Shown: one piece after another, positions 9,298 to 19,508 of the stretch
How positions within the stretch are numbered: the first letter of the stretch is position 1
Layout of the letters: each line of letters starts with the position of its first letter
Assembly (NCBI GenBank): GCA_963664405.1
Contig: OY761158.1
Span: 6,624,001 to 6,688,000, forward strand
From: Thermoanaerobaculia bacterium
Lineage (GTDB): Bacteria > Acidobacteriota > Thermoanaerobaculia > Multivoradales > Multivoraceae
DNA length: 64,000 bases
Direction of reading: 5' to 3'
Program-made: the position numbers and the translations under genes
Notes under the pieces: generated by a model
The model's input: only the letters and a program-made list of their open reading frames with translations
The model's database searches: none
Told to the model about the DNA's origin: nothing

Positions 9298-9414
9298 GAT
9301 CGAGAAGGGGATCGCGCGAACGAGGGCGTGCGATCGTACCACGCGGGAGCCTGGTGCCGTGGGCGCTTGACGGACGCAAAGGGGGCGCGGAGAGCAAGGT
9401 AGAATGCCGTTCGG

Positions 9415-11343
9415 TTGACCGCAGAGTCGAGCTTGTCAGCATCCCACTCATTTCCAGCCTGGGCTACGCTGAGCTCGCTGCTCGTCTGGTTGCTCGCGGC
9501 GTGCTCTCCCCAGCAGGCGACTCAGGAGCGCCTGTGGGTCGACGAGGAGGAGTGGCAGCGGATCGAGCTCGGCTGGGCGCGCGCGGTCTCCCTCGACCGC
9601 TCGCGAGTGATTCCGGACGTAAGCCGAGGTGAGCGGCTCGAGGCAGTGATTTTCGTCTCAGAGACCGGCGGCGAACTGGTGGTGGAATCGGGCGGGAGAG
9701 AGAGCAGGGTCCCTGTTCGAGGATCTCAGCGGATCGAAGTCAAGCTCTCTCCGGGGCATGCAAAGGTGCACTATGAGGGCTCTCCCGCGGTCATGCACGG
9801 CGCCCGCCGAGTACGAGGTGAGCCGGCCACCAGGAGAGAGATGCTGGTCCTTGTCGATACCCTTCGCGCCGACTACGCCACCGCGGAGCGGATGCCGGAA
9901 GTCGTTGGCTTCTTCGCTCCCGGCGCTCTCTTTCGCCGCGCCTACAGCCCGGCTACATGGACACCCCCTTCGGTGGCCTCGATCTTCACCGGTAAGGTGC
10001 CGGCGAAGCTTCGCCTCGCGGATGCCGACGGCAGTTTGATCGCGCTTCCTCCGCGGCAGGACACCCTGGCCAAGGCGATGGGCCGAAGGGGCTTCCACTC
10101 GGTGGCGATCATTGGTAACTACGTCATCAATCATGAGAATGGCTTCTCGGCCGGGTTCGACCTGTTTTTGGCCCCTGAGGTGCTCGATGCCGGAGAGTGG
10201 CCCGATGCTGAGCTGATCGCCGACCGCGCCCGCCAGGTGCTCAGCTGGCTTGGCGATCGCGACCTCTTTGTCTACCTTCACTTCTCCGATCCCCACGATC
10301 CCTACCGCAATCACGAGGCCGGGAGCGCTCTGGCTGCTCCTACGACCGGAGAAGAGCCCGGTCCGACACCCTCGGAGCTGGCGGCGTTGAAGGAGGCCTA
10401 CGGCAGTGAAGTCCGCCGACTCGACGGCGTCCTCGGCACCCTACTCCGCGACGCTGAGCCGCTGGATGTCGTGGCCTTTACCTCCGATCACGGTGAAGAG
10501 TTTCTCGAGCATGGCGGCTTCAAGCACGGGCCGACCGTCTATCCCGAGGTGAGTCGGGTGCCTCTCATGGTCCGGGGTGGCGCTGTGGAAGCGGGAAGCT
10601 TCGATGACCCGATTTCTCTAGTCGATCTCAAGGGGATGCTGACCGAGCCGCCTGGAGCGAGCTCGACGTCGGCTCATGGGGTGGGGATCGAGAGCTTTAC
10701 CCACGGTGTCCCGCCGCGCTGGTCTTGGGCTCATGAGGCTGGGCAGGTCTTCTTGTTCGCCCAGGAGCTCGGTGGGCGACGGGATCAGAACGGCGACGCT
10801 GTCGCCACCTGGCTGGAGCGCAATCACCCCGCCGTCGTGTACAGCGCGGCTGACGGCGAGGCTCGATTCGGCGGTCCCGGGGAGTTGCAACAGGCGATGC
10901 TCCGACTCGGCGGACACTTCTGGGGCTATCGAAGGGGTGTGTGGATCTTCCAGCCCGAGCCGGGGGAATTGCTCTTGGAAGTTGGCGGCGTCGAGCAAGA
11001 AGGCTGGGTCTGGGGGCCTGAAGCCGCGACGAGTGTCGTGGCGAATGGCGAAGGCGGGGTCCTCTTGAGCCGAGAGGAGGGGCCGAGCTTGATCTTTCTT
11101 GCCGGAAGCGAGGCTTCTTCGCAGGTCGTGGACTTAGCGATGGCTGAGCCGATCTTGCTTCGTAAGGGGCCTCCTCGAGAGCTTCCCAGCCCTGCGCGAC
11201 TCATCGCTTGGGCCGATCCCGGAAGAGACTCGGCCGAGATCGCGGGTGTGTCGGAGACCATGGAGAGGCTGCGAGTCCTGGGCTACCTCGATACCCAAGG
11301 CGCACAAGATCGCGAGACAGCGAAGAAGGAGAGACGACCATGA
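9415..11343 (+). CDS. Sulfatase-like (alkaline phosphatase superfamily) probable lipoprotein
   Basis: VDTLRAD, WTPPSVASIFTG, DPHDPY, TSDHGEEF..HG, ERLRVLGY; LAAC lipobox. Confidence 0.8.
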   Translation: MTAESSLSASHSFPAWATLSSLLVWLLAACSPQQATQERLWVDEEEWQRIELGWARAVSLDRSRVIPDVSRGERLEAVIFVSETGGELVVESGGRESRVPVRGSQRIEVKLSPGHAKVHYEGSPAVMHGARRVRGEPATRREMLVLVDTLRADYATAERMPEVVGFFAPGALFRRAYSPATWTPPSVASIFTGKVPAKLRLADADGSLIALPPRQDTLAKAMGRRGFHSVAIIGNYVINHENGFSAGFDLFLAPEVLDAGEWPDAELIADRARQVLSWLGDRDLFVYLHFSDPHDPYRNHEAGSALAAPTTGEEPGPTPSELAALKEAYGSEVRRLDGVLGTLLRDAEPLDVVAFTSDHGEEFLEHGGFKHGPTVYPEVSRVPLMVRGGAVEAGSFDDPISLVDLKGMLTEPPGASSTSAHGVGIESFTHGVPPRWSWAHEAGQVFLFAQELGGRRDQNGDAVATWLERNHPAVVYSAADGEARFGGPGELQQAMLRLGGHFWGYRRGVWIFQPEPGELLLEVGGVEQEGWVWGPEAATSVVANGEGGVLLSREEGPSLIFLAGSEASSQVVDLAMAEPILLRKGPPRELPSPARLIAWADPGRDSAEIAGVSETMERLRVLGYLDTQGAQDRETAKKERRP

Positions 11344-11800
11344 ATCGTCTCGAAGGCCGGCTTCTCGAGCTCGGACACACTCTGCCCGAGCCCAAACATG
11401 CGGTTGGAAACTACCTGGGGTCCAAGCCGAGCGGCGACCTGCTCTTCGTTTCGGGCCGGGTCAGCCAGCTTCGGGGTGAGGTCGGTTCTGCGATCGACGC
11501 CGACACGGCGAAGCTCGCCGCGCAGAGCGCGATGCTCGATATCCTGGCGATCGTCAAAGAGGACATCGGCGACCTGGATCGGATCGTGTCGTCGAGAAGA
11601 TGCAAGGCTTTGTCCGCTCGGCACCCTCCTTTACCGAGCAACCTCGGGTAATCGATGGCGCGTCCGAGCTACTGATCGAGCTGTTAGGTGAGGATGGTCG
11701 TCACGCACGAACCGCGACTGGGGCCGCCCAGCTCCCGTTCGGTGCCGCGGTACAGCTCGACTTGGTGCTTCGCCTCGCGGAGCCGACCCGAGACGGCTAG
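11340..11800 (+). pseudogene. RidA/YjgF family protein with a frameshift near 11590
   Basis: N-half (LPEPKHAVGNY...DLDRIV) and C-half (GFVRSAPSFTEQPRVIDGASELL...GRHARTATG) lie in different frames. Confidence 0.8.
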
Positions 11801-11875
11801 AGCTCCGGTGAACGCGGAAGGCGACTGCTGCTATTCTGGTTCTTCGGTGCAGCCAACGAAAATAGGAGAGGACGG

Positions 11876-12727
11876 ATGATTCAGGCAGGCGAATACTGCG
11901 GCTTCGAGCTCACGATCGAGGACCCCGGGATTGTTGTTGTCACTTTCAACGAGCCGGAGCGACTCAATGGCATGACCCAGCCTTTCAAGCGGGACCTGGT
12001 TGAAACGCTCACCCAGTGCCAGATGGATGACAAAGTCAGAGTCGTCGTCTTCACCGGCAGCGGCCGGGCCTTCTCGGCCGGCGACGACATCAGCGGCCAT
12101 GGCCGAGAGCACGAGTCCAAGCTGGTGCCTGGGATCTTCCGCGGCCATCACAATCACATCGGCACATATGAGGGTCTGCGCATGCTCTCGCAGCCGGTCA
12201 ACACCGCCATCCGCGATCTCGACAAGCTCTGCATCTCCGCCATCAACGGCGTCGCGATCCAGACTGGGTTCTCGCTCGCCCTAGCCAGTGATTTTCGCAT
12301 CGCAGCCCGCAGCGCCCGGGTCGGCAGCGCCACCCTACGTTTCGGCCTCCTACCGGACGAGGGCGGCCAGTACCTGTTGGTCCAGCTCTTGGGTGTGGCC
12401 GGGGCGATGGACTTCCTGATGCGCAAGCGCATCGTGGATGCCGAAGAAGCGCTGCGACTCGGGCTCGTCCACGAGGTCGTCGAAGATGAGGAGCTGATGG
12501 CTCGAGCTCTGGAGCTGGCCCGGGAGCTGGCCGGCGGTCCACAAGTGGCGATGCGTCTGCTCAAACGCTCGATCTACAACGCCGCGGAGATGACCTTTTC
12601 CCAGGCTCTCGACGAGATTGCCTCGAAAACCCCGATCGCGGATCATCACCCCGATGCTCGAGAAGGCGTCGCGGGATTTCGCGAGAAACGTCAGCCCCGC
12701 TTCAATCGCTGGCTCGAAGAAGAGTAG
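11876..12727 (+). CDS. Enoyl-CoA hydratase/isomerase family protein
   Basis: PERLNG, GSGRAFSAGDD, AINGVA, LALASDFRIA, DAREGVAGFREKR. Confidence 0.92.
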   Translation: MIQAGEYCGFELTIEDPGIVVVTFNEPERLNGMTQPFKRDLVETLTQCQMDDKVRVVVFTGSGRAFSAGDDISGHGREHESKLVPGIFRGHHNHIGTYEGLRMLSQPVNTAIRDLDKLCISAINGVAIQTGFSLALASDFRIAARSARVGSATLRFGLLPDEGGQYLLVQLLGVAGAMDFLMRKRIVDAEEALRLGLVHEVVEDEELMARALELARELAGGPQVAMRLLKRSIYNAAEMTFSQALDEIASKTPIADHHPDAREGVAGFREKRQPRFNRWLEEE

Positions 12728-12733
12728 CGTGAG

Positions 12734-15571
12734 TTGTGGGCGATGAGCCCTGTTGATTCGGCCGTCGGCCGGCTAGGGGGCCGAGCGGCGCTTGCTATCT
12801 TGGCCCTGGTTCAGAGCGCCGCTGTTTTCGGCCAGGTGGAGAACGAGCGCATATATCTCTCCGGTCGGGGCCGGTCCGACCCGGTACCGTGGCAGTTTCG
12901 TATCTCCTCAGGACAGCGGGCAGGAGAGTGGTCGACGATCGGCGTGCCTTCGCAGTGGGAGCATCAGGGCTTCGGCGCCTACGCCTATGGCTTCGAGGAG
13001 TCGAGCTCGGAGGAGGTGGGGAGCTACGCCCTCCGCTTCTCGGTCCCGTCGGAGTGGACAGGAGATCGCGTCGCCCTCGTCTTCGAAGGAGTGATGACCG
13101 ACTGCAGCGTTTCCCTCAATGGGGAGCCATTGCTGCCGGCGCATCAGGGCGGCTTCACCCGTTTTTCCTACGCCGTCGAGGATGTCCTGCGCTTTGGCGA
13201 AGAGAACCTTCTCTTGGTGCGGGTGGCCGAGCGCTCGAGCGAGCCATCGGTGAATCGAGCGGAGCGCGATGCCGACTATTGGGTGTTCGGCGGTATCTAT
13301 CGCCCCGTCTATCTCGAGAGCAGCCCGTCCACCTCGATCTCCTCGCTGCGTATCGACGCTCGGCATGATGGAGACCTCGCTCTGAGTGTGGCCCTGAGTG
13401 GCGCGGTGAGAGGAGAGCTCGAAGGAAGAGTCGTGGAGTGGAGAAGTGGAAGGGAAGTGGCTCGTTTCACCGCAGCTGTCGAGGGCGAGGAGGTCGAGCT
13501 TCGGCAGGCGATTCCTGGCGTCAGTGCCTGGAGCGCCGAGGACCCCTTTCTCTATCAGCTCGAGCTTGTCCTGCATGATGACTCCGGGCCGGTTCACCGC
13601 CGGGTGGAGCGCTTTGGTTTTCGCTCATTCGAGATTGATCCAGCCAGGGGATTGCTGGTGAACGGCGAGCGGGTCCTTCTCAAAGGGGTCAATCGGCACT
13701 CGTTCTGGCCCTCTTCCGGGCGGGCTCTAGATGCGACGATCAACCGTCAAGACGCCGAGCTGATCAAGGCACTCAACGCCAATGCTGTGCGAACTTCCCA
13801 TTACCCGCCGGACAGAGAGTTTCTCGCCGTCTGCGACGAGATCGGGCTCTATGTCCTCGACGAGCTTCCAGGCTGGCACGACGCGTACGCGACCGAGATC
13901 GGTCGCACCTTGGTGGAGGAAATGGTGGCCAGGGATCACAATCATCCTTCCGTTATCGCCTGGACGAACGGCAATGAAGGAGGTTGGAATCGCGCGCTCG
14001 ATTCTGAGTTCTCCCGCTGGGACCTTCAAGCTCGGCCGGTTCTGCATCCGGATGAGATCTTCGGCGGCATTGATGCTACTCACTATCGTGACTGGGCTGA
14101 GATGACGGAGGCGCTCGACAGCCGATCTTGGCGAAATCGTTGGCGCGGACTGTTCTCACCTCTCCCGTTGGTGATGCCGACGGAAGCGTTGCACGGCCTT
14201 TATGATGGTGGGCATGGTGCGGGCTTAGAGGACTTTTGGGGCCTCCTTCGTGAAGCGCCGAGAGGCGGCGGGATCTTTCTCTGGGCCTTCCTCGACGAAG
14301 CGGCCCTGCGAGTCGACGAAGAGAACCGACTCGATACTCGAGGCAACTTCGCGCCGGACGGCCTGGTCGGACCGTGGCGTCAGCGAGAGGGGAGCTTCTG
14401 GGCGGTACGATCTCTTTGGGCGCCTGTTCGGGTGGCGATGGCCGGGGTTTCGAGCCGAGCTCTCGAACTGCAGTTGGAGAATCGTTTCGATCACATCGGC
14501 CTCGCCGGCTGCCGTTTTTCCTGGGAGTGGCTCCGCCTTCCGCGCCAGGCGGAGGGTGGGGAAGTGGTGCTGGCGCGAGATTCCGCTCCGGGACCGGACA
14601 TCGATGTCGGTGCAACCGGATCGCTGACGATTCCTTTTCCGCCGGCAGACGAAGAGGAAGGGTTTCTGGCTCTGCGGTTGCGCGCGCTCGACAGGGACGG
14701 CCGCGAGCTTGGCGTATGGGTGTTTCCGGTCGAGGGCATCGAGCCCGCTCCCTCTCGAAGGAGTGAGGCGAAGCTTCTTGCCCGGCAGGCGGGGGGTAGC
14801 CTTTTTCTCGAGAGTGGTGATCTCGTGGTGGAGCTCGACCCCGATTCAGGGGCTGTGGTCGAGCTCTCACGGGGAGGCCGCGTGCTGCCCCTGCGAGGAG
14901 GCCATTCAGCTGCAGAGGAGAGCCGGCCGGTATCGAGGGTCGAACGAATCGATGAACAGGATCGCAAGGGGGTGCGCTTTCACTATGGTGGCGGAGACCT
15001 GCTCACAACGACTTATTCGGTCGACGGCTCCGAATGGCTGAGTGTGGAGTGGGAGATCGAGGTCAAGCAGGAGTCGGCTGTCGTCGGACTCACTTTCTTC
15101 TATCCTGAAGAAGGTGTTCTGGGAGCTCGCTGGCTGGGTGTCGGGCCTTTCCGAGTGTGGGGGAACAGGCTTGGTGGTGGAGTGCTTGGCGTGTGGGAGA
15201 AGGAGTGGAACGACACCGCTACCGGAATACAGTGGCAGTATCCCGAGTTCAAGGGCTTTCATGCGGGCGTGCGGTGGATGAGTCTGCGCGGTCGCGAGGG
15301 GAGCCTGGGCCTGAGGTTGCAAGAGGGCCTGTATCTCGGCCTCTTCCGTCCGGCCTTTGCCCAGGGGATGGGGGGTGACGGTAAGCCTCTCGCTCGCCAC
15401 ACCGAGGCCGACCAGCCCCGCGGCGATCTCTCGTTTCTTCACTCGATCTCGTCGATGGGTACCAAGTTCCACTCCGCCGAGGAGCTCGGTCCGCAAGGCC
15501 GTGGTCGTCTCGCAGCCGGTGTCTATCGGGGGCGAATCTGGCTCCGTGTCGAGGACGAGGAGTCGCGGTAG
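12734..15571 (+). CDS. Glycoside hydrolase family 2 (beta-galactosidase-like)
   Basis: FEGV, GGIYRPV, LKGVNRH, NAVRTSHYPP, NHPSVIAWTNGNE. Confidence 0.9.
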   Translation: MWAMSPVDSAVGRLGGRAALAILALVQSAAVFGQVENERIYLSGRGRSDPVPWQFRISSGQRAGEWSTIGVPSQWEHQGFGAYAYGFEESSSEEVGSYALRFSVPSEWTGDRVALVFEGVMTDCSVSLNGEPLLPAHQGGFTRFSYAVEDVLRFGEENLLLVRVAERSSEPSVNRAERDADYWVFGGIYRPVYLESSPSTSISSLRIDARHDGDLALSVALSGAVRGELEGRVVEWRSGREVARFTAAVEGEEVELRQAIPGVSAWSAEDPFLYQLELVLHDDSGPVHRRVERFGFRSFEIDPARGLLVNGERVLLKGVNRHSFWPSSGRALDATINRQDAELIKALNANAVRTSHYPPDREFLAVCDEIGLYVLDELPGWHDAYATEIGRTLVEEMVARDHNHPSVIAWTNGNEGGWNRALDSEFSRWDLQARPVLHPDEIFGGIDATHYRDWAEMTEALDSRSWRNRWRGLFSPLPLVMPTEALHGLYDGGHGAGLEDFWGLLREAPRGGGIFLWAFLDEAALRVDEENRLDTRGNFAPDGLVGPWRQREGSFWAVRSLWAPVRVAMAGVSSRALELQLENRFDHIGLAGCRFSWEWLRLPRQAEGGEVVLARDSAPGPDIDVGATGSLTIPFPPADEEEGFLALRLRALDRDGRELGVWVFPVEGIEPAPSRRSEAKLLARQAGGSLFLESGDLVVELDPDSGAVVELSRGGRVLPLRGGHSAAEESRPVSRVERIDEQDRKGVRFHYGGGDLLTTTYSVDGSEWLSVEWEIEVKQESAVVGLTFFYPEEGVLGARWLGVGPFRVWGNRLGGGVLGVWEKEWNDTATGIQWQYPEFKGFHAGVRWMSLRGREGSLGLRLQEGLYLGLFRPAFAQGMGGDGKPLARHTEADQPRGDLSFLHSISSMGTKFHSAEELGPQGRGRLAAGVYRGRIWLRVEDEESR

Positions 15572-16926
15572 TGATCTGGAAAGGAAGCTCAGCTCGGACC
15601 GTCCTGGTGACCGCGCTACTCGGTCTCTTGAGTGTTTCGCAGGCCAGGACTTTGTATGGGGAGGATTGGCCCTCGCTCCTCGGCCCAGGACGCGACGGCA
15701 GGTCGGCGGAAACAGGAGCGCTTGCGCCCTGGTCCGCGGGAGGCCCCGAGCTGCTGTGGCAGCGTCCCACCGGCGAGGGGTACAGCGCACCGGCAGTGGT
15801 CGGGGGCCGTCTCTATTTCTTCGATCGCGATGACGACGAGGTGCGAATTTCGTGCCTGGACGCGGCAAGCGGCAAGGAGATCTGGGTACAGCGCGCGAGT
15901 ACGGTCTATAGCGACTACTACGGTTACAGTAACGGGCCCAGGGCGAGTCCTGTCGTCGACGGAGACCGGGTCTATACCTTCGGCGTTGACGGTTGGCTGC
16001 GATGTCACGATGTTCAGAATGGTGATGTTCTTTGGCAGGTGGACACCGGCACTGAGTTCGGTGTGGTCCAGAATTTCTTCGGCGCGGGCTCGACTCCGGT
16101 GGTCGAAGGCGATCTGCTTCTGGTCCAAGTGGGCGGGAGTCCGATTGGGAGTCCAGGGGTCCATAGTGGCAAGGTAACGAGCAACAGCAGCGCGATCGTC
16201 GCCTTTGACAAGCGCAGCGGCCGTGTCCGCTATCAGGCCGGTGACGAGCTCGCGAGCTATGCGAGCCCCATCGTTGCGAGCATCGACGGTCGTCGTCTCG
16301 GTCTCCTCTTTGCGAGGGGGGGGCTGCTCGGCTTCGACCCGTCGGACGGTGCCGTTGGGTTCGAGTTTGCTTGGAAGGCCCGACGGCTGCAAAGTGTCAA
16401 CGCCGCTACTCCAGTGGTCGTTGGGGATGAGGTTTTTCTCACCGAGGCCTATGGCCTGGGGGGGGTGCTGTTACGAGTGAGTCACAGTGGCTACGAGGTC
16501 GTATGGCAAGACCCTCCGACCCGCGCCAAGAGTCTGGCCAGTCACTGGTCGACCCCGGTCTATCACCAAGGCCATCTTTACGGGTCGAGTGGCGAGCACA
16601 GCGCCGCCGCCGAGCTGCGCTGCGTCGAGTGGGCGAGTGGACGGGTACGATGGCGCGAGCCGGGCTTGAAACGTTGCACGCTTCTGTACTTCGACGGTCG
16701 GATTGCCGTGCTTTCAGAGTATGGCGAGTTGCTCGTGGTCGAGGCTCGATCCGACTCCTTCAAACCCATCGAGAGGGCTACCTTGAGTGACGCTTCCGGC
16801 CGCCCCCTATTGCGCTATCCGGCTTGGAGCCCGCCGGTGCTCTCAAACGGTGCTCTCTACTTGCTCGGCGGCGGGCGTCTTGTCGCTCTCCGTCTGCTTC
16901 TTCCCGCCACGGTAGGGAAGCCCTGA
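15571..16926 (+). CDS. PQQ-like beta-propeller repeat protein
   Basis: DWPSLLGPGRDG, repeated GYSAP/RASP/GSTP/YASP and W-terminated blades; signal peptide. Confidence 0.85.
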   Translation: MIWKGSSARTVLVTALLGLLSVSQARTLYGEDWPSLLGPGRDGRSAETGALAPWSAGGPELLWQRPTGEGYSAPAVVGGRLYFFDRDDDEVRISCLDAASGKEIWVQRASTVYSDYYGYSNGPRASPVVDGDRVYTFGVDGWLRCHDVQNGDVLWQVDTGTEFGVVQNFFGAGSTPVVEGDLLLVQVGGSPIGSPGVHSGKVTSNSSAIVAFDKRSGRVRYQAGDELASYASPIVASIDGRRLGLLFARGGLLGFDPSDGAVGFEFAWKARRLQSVNAATPVVVGDEVFLTEAYGLGGVLLRVSHSGYEVVWQDPPTRAKSLASHWSTPVYHQGHLYGSSGEHSAAAELRCVEWASGRVRWREPGLKRCTLLYFDGRIAVLSEYGELLVVEARSDSFKPIERATLSDASGRPLLRYPAWSPPVLSNGALYLLGGGRLVALRLLLPATVGKP

Positions 16927-16957
16927 TCGCGAAAGAGGTCCGCTGGCACCGCTCGCC

Positions 16958-17791
16958 TCAGTCGCCCTCCGTCGCGCGCTCCAGGGCTCTGGTTCGCTCC
17001 TCGACCTCGGTCTCGCGCACAGCCAACTTCCGCCGGGCCTTCTCTAGCGCTTCGTTTGCCCTCTTCAGCCTCGCCTCCGACTTCGTCAGGTCCCGCTGTG
17101 CCTGTTTGACCGATCCTTTTGCGTCAGCGATCTCGACCTCCGCCGCCTCGATCTTCGGGAGGACCTGGCTCAGTGCTGCCTCTGCGGAGCTCAGCTCTGA
17201 GCGAAGACCTTCCAGGAGGGCTTTGGCGGGCCCGGAGCTCCGCGGTGAGCGGGGCGACGCGACGGCAACGGGCTTCGCTGCAGGAGTGAGGGGAACGGTC
17301 GCGAGGACTTCAAAGCCCGGCGGATCGAGCTCGTCGAACATCCTGCCGGGCGCAGGTCCGGGCGGGGCGCGTCCGAAGGCGGCCATCGCTTCGAAAGTCT
17401 TGGCCAGCCTCCTCAGCGTTGCCGGAGTAGGCGGGAGGGCTTGTTCGCGAAGGAGGTCGGAGGCGACGATGACCGCAGCCTCGATCGCCGCTCTTCGCCG
17501 CGCGCCGGCTCCGAGCTGAGCGTCGGCGCTGGCTCCATCCTGGATGAGCTTTTTGAGGTGGTCTCCGCTGGCGAGGATCTCTTCGAGATGAGGATCTTCG
17601 CGCAGGGCGAGGCAGTTGACCGCCCACGCCGTCGGTGAGGGCTTGCGGCGCGCCTTGATCTGGGCGGCTGCCTCGCGTTGGCCGGCCAGGCGGGCTTGCT
17701 TGGCGAGGTCGCCTCGAAGCCCGACGAAATCGCCGGGCGGAGCGGCGTAGAGGCGATCAAGCTCTGCTTCGAGGTCCAGCTCAGGGCTCAC
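16958..17791 (-). CDS. Hypothetical protein with C-terminal coiled coil
   Basis: LDRLYAAPPGDFV...RKPSPTAWAVN; overlaps upstream stop codon. Confidence 0.7.
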   Translation of the reverse strand: MSPELDLEAELDRLYAAPPGDFVGLRGDLAKQARLAGQREAAAQIKARRKPSPTAWAVNCLALREDPHLEEILASGDHLKKLIQDGASADAQLGAGARRRAAIEAAVIVASDLLREQALPPTPATLRRLAKTFEAMAAFGRAPPGPAPGRMFDELDPPGFEVLATVPLTPAAKPVAVASPRSPRSSGPAKALLEGLRSELSSAEAALSQVLPKIEAAEVEIADAKGSVKQAQRDLTKSEARLKRANEALEKARRKLAVRETEVEERTRALERATEGD

Positions 17792-19443
17792 TGGAGCTCG
17801 CGCTTCAGCAGCAGCATAGTGCGGTCATCAGGGTACGGAACGGACTGAACGAAGTCGGCTACGTCCTTCTCTATGGCGTCAGCGATTTCTTCGATAGTCT
17901 GCTTGTAGCTACCCGCAAAGCATCGTGTCAGGCGTTCGAGACCATACTCTTCTTCCGCTTCGTTCTCCGGCTCGGTGATTCCATCGGTGTAGAGCAAGAG
18001 GCTGGCGCCGGGCTCGATATGCGCTTCGCGACTCTCGTACTCCGCCTCCGGTAGCAGTGCGATCGGGAGGCCACAAGTTGGCAACTCCTCGATGCTACCG
18101 TCGGCGTGGGCGAGAAGAGCCGTGTTATGCCCGGCGTTGGTATAGCTGATTCGCCCGGTCTCATGCTCAAGGACGTAAAGAAATGCGGTCGCGTACTTGG
18201 ATGGAGGCGTCCGCTTGTAGAGTCGACGGCAGAGCTTCGAGCAGATGTCGTCGGTCGAGTCTCCGCTCTCGATCGGGGCTGCCGCAAGTGCCTCCAACGA
18301 CGCGGTGACGATTGACGCCGCGATGCCTTTTCCCGAGACATCGGCGAGGAAGAACGCGCACTCTCTGCCTTCTGCCCGCTCCACCACGACGTAGTAGTCG
18401 CCCGACACTCCGCGAGACGGAATGTTTCGCCCGTGAATCGAGTATCCCTCGATCTTCGGCAACTCGTCCGGAAGGAGACTCACTTGGATGTGACGAGCGA
18501 GCTCGAGCTCGGCTTGGAGCTGGCGGCGCTGTACGGCTTCCTCGGTGAGGGCAATATTGCGGATCTTGAGAGCCGCGACGGAGGCTAGCGAGACAAGGAG
18601 CTCCATGTCCTCCTCCGAGAACTGGCGCACCGCGACTTTCGAATTGAGAACGATCATGCCGAGGGTACCGTCGGCATCGAGCATCGGAGCGGCAACCATG
18701 GAGCGGATACCGGAGAGCATGATGCTCTCGGAAGCGGAGAAGCGCTTGTCGGTGGAGGCGTCGAAAACCAGCGCTGCCATTCCCTGCTCGAGCACCTGCT
18801 TGTTGAGGGCGCGTGAGAGAGGGATATCCGTGCTCTGTCCGGGTAGCGCTCGAGTGGCGGCCTGATAGTAGTCGCCCTCCCCGTCTTCCAGGTAGATGAC
18901 GCCCTGTTGGGGCTTCAAGTGGTCGAAGACACGATCGAGAATGAGATCAAGCAATTCTTGATTGGTGAGATGCCCCGACAGGGCCTCGTGAACGTTGCGA
19001 AGGATCTCGAGACGCTGGGCGTAGCGCCGCAGAGCGTCGGCGCTGTCCATGAGGTCGGTGCTCGAGCCGATGTCTTCTTCGAGGAGCTCCGAGGCAGGTC
19101 GGAAGATCGTGGCGCCGATATCGGTGTCTCGCGTGGTCGCTTTGCTGATGCTGGTGCGATCACTGCCGAAAGAGATCGAGCTCGCCGACAGGCGAATCAC
19201 ATCGCCGGGACTGAGCGACCTCGGCCCCTCGATCTGTTCATCGTTGACGAAGGTGCCGTTTCGCGAGCCCAGATCCTCTACCTTGACGACGCCATCCTCA
19301 GCTCTGAGGCGAGCGTGATGGCGGGAGAGGAAGGGGTCGGAGAGAGCGAGGTCAGCGGTTGAGGAGCGTCCGATGATGACGTCTTCCTCTCCGAGCTGGA
19401 AGTCGAAGGGCTCCCCTTCGGCCGGCGTAATTCGGAGCTTCAT
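17788..19443 (-). CDS. FHA-GAF-SpoIIE (PP2C) phosphatase
   Basis: IGRS..SRHHA..DLGSRNGT (FHA); GAF; VSGDYY, DVSGKG, YTDGITE, DDRT. Confidence 0.92.
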   Translation of the reverse strand: MKLRITPAEGEPFDFQLGEEDVIIGRSSTADLALSDPFLSRHHARLRAEDGVVKVEDLGSRNGTFVNDEQIEGPRSLSPGDVIRLSASSISFGSDRTSISKATTRDTDIGATIFRPASELLEEDIGSSTDLMDSADALRRYAQRLEILRNVHEALSGHLTNQELLDLILDRVFDHLKPQQGVIYLEDGEGDYYQAATRALPGQSTDIPLSRALNKQVLEQGMAALVFDASTDKRFSASESIMLSGIRSMVAAPMLDADGTLGMIVLNSKVAVRQFSEEDMELLVSLASVAALKIRNIALTEEAVQRRQLQAELELARHIQVSLLPDELPKIEGYSIHGRNIPSRGVSGDYYVVVERAEGRECAFFLADVSGKGIAASIVTASLEALAAAPIESGDSTDDICSKLCRRLYKRTPPSKYATAFLYVLEHETGRISYTNAGHNTALLAHADGSIEELPTCGLPIALLPEAEYESREAHIEPGASLLLYTDGITEPENEAEEEYGLERLTRCFAGSYKQTIEEIADAIEKDVADFVQSVPYPDDRTMLLLKRELQ

Positions 19444-19508
19444 CGAAGGCTCAGGATATCACGAGCTCTGGCCGCGGCCGGACGTCCTCGGTGACGACTT
19501 CGAAGGGC

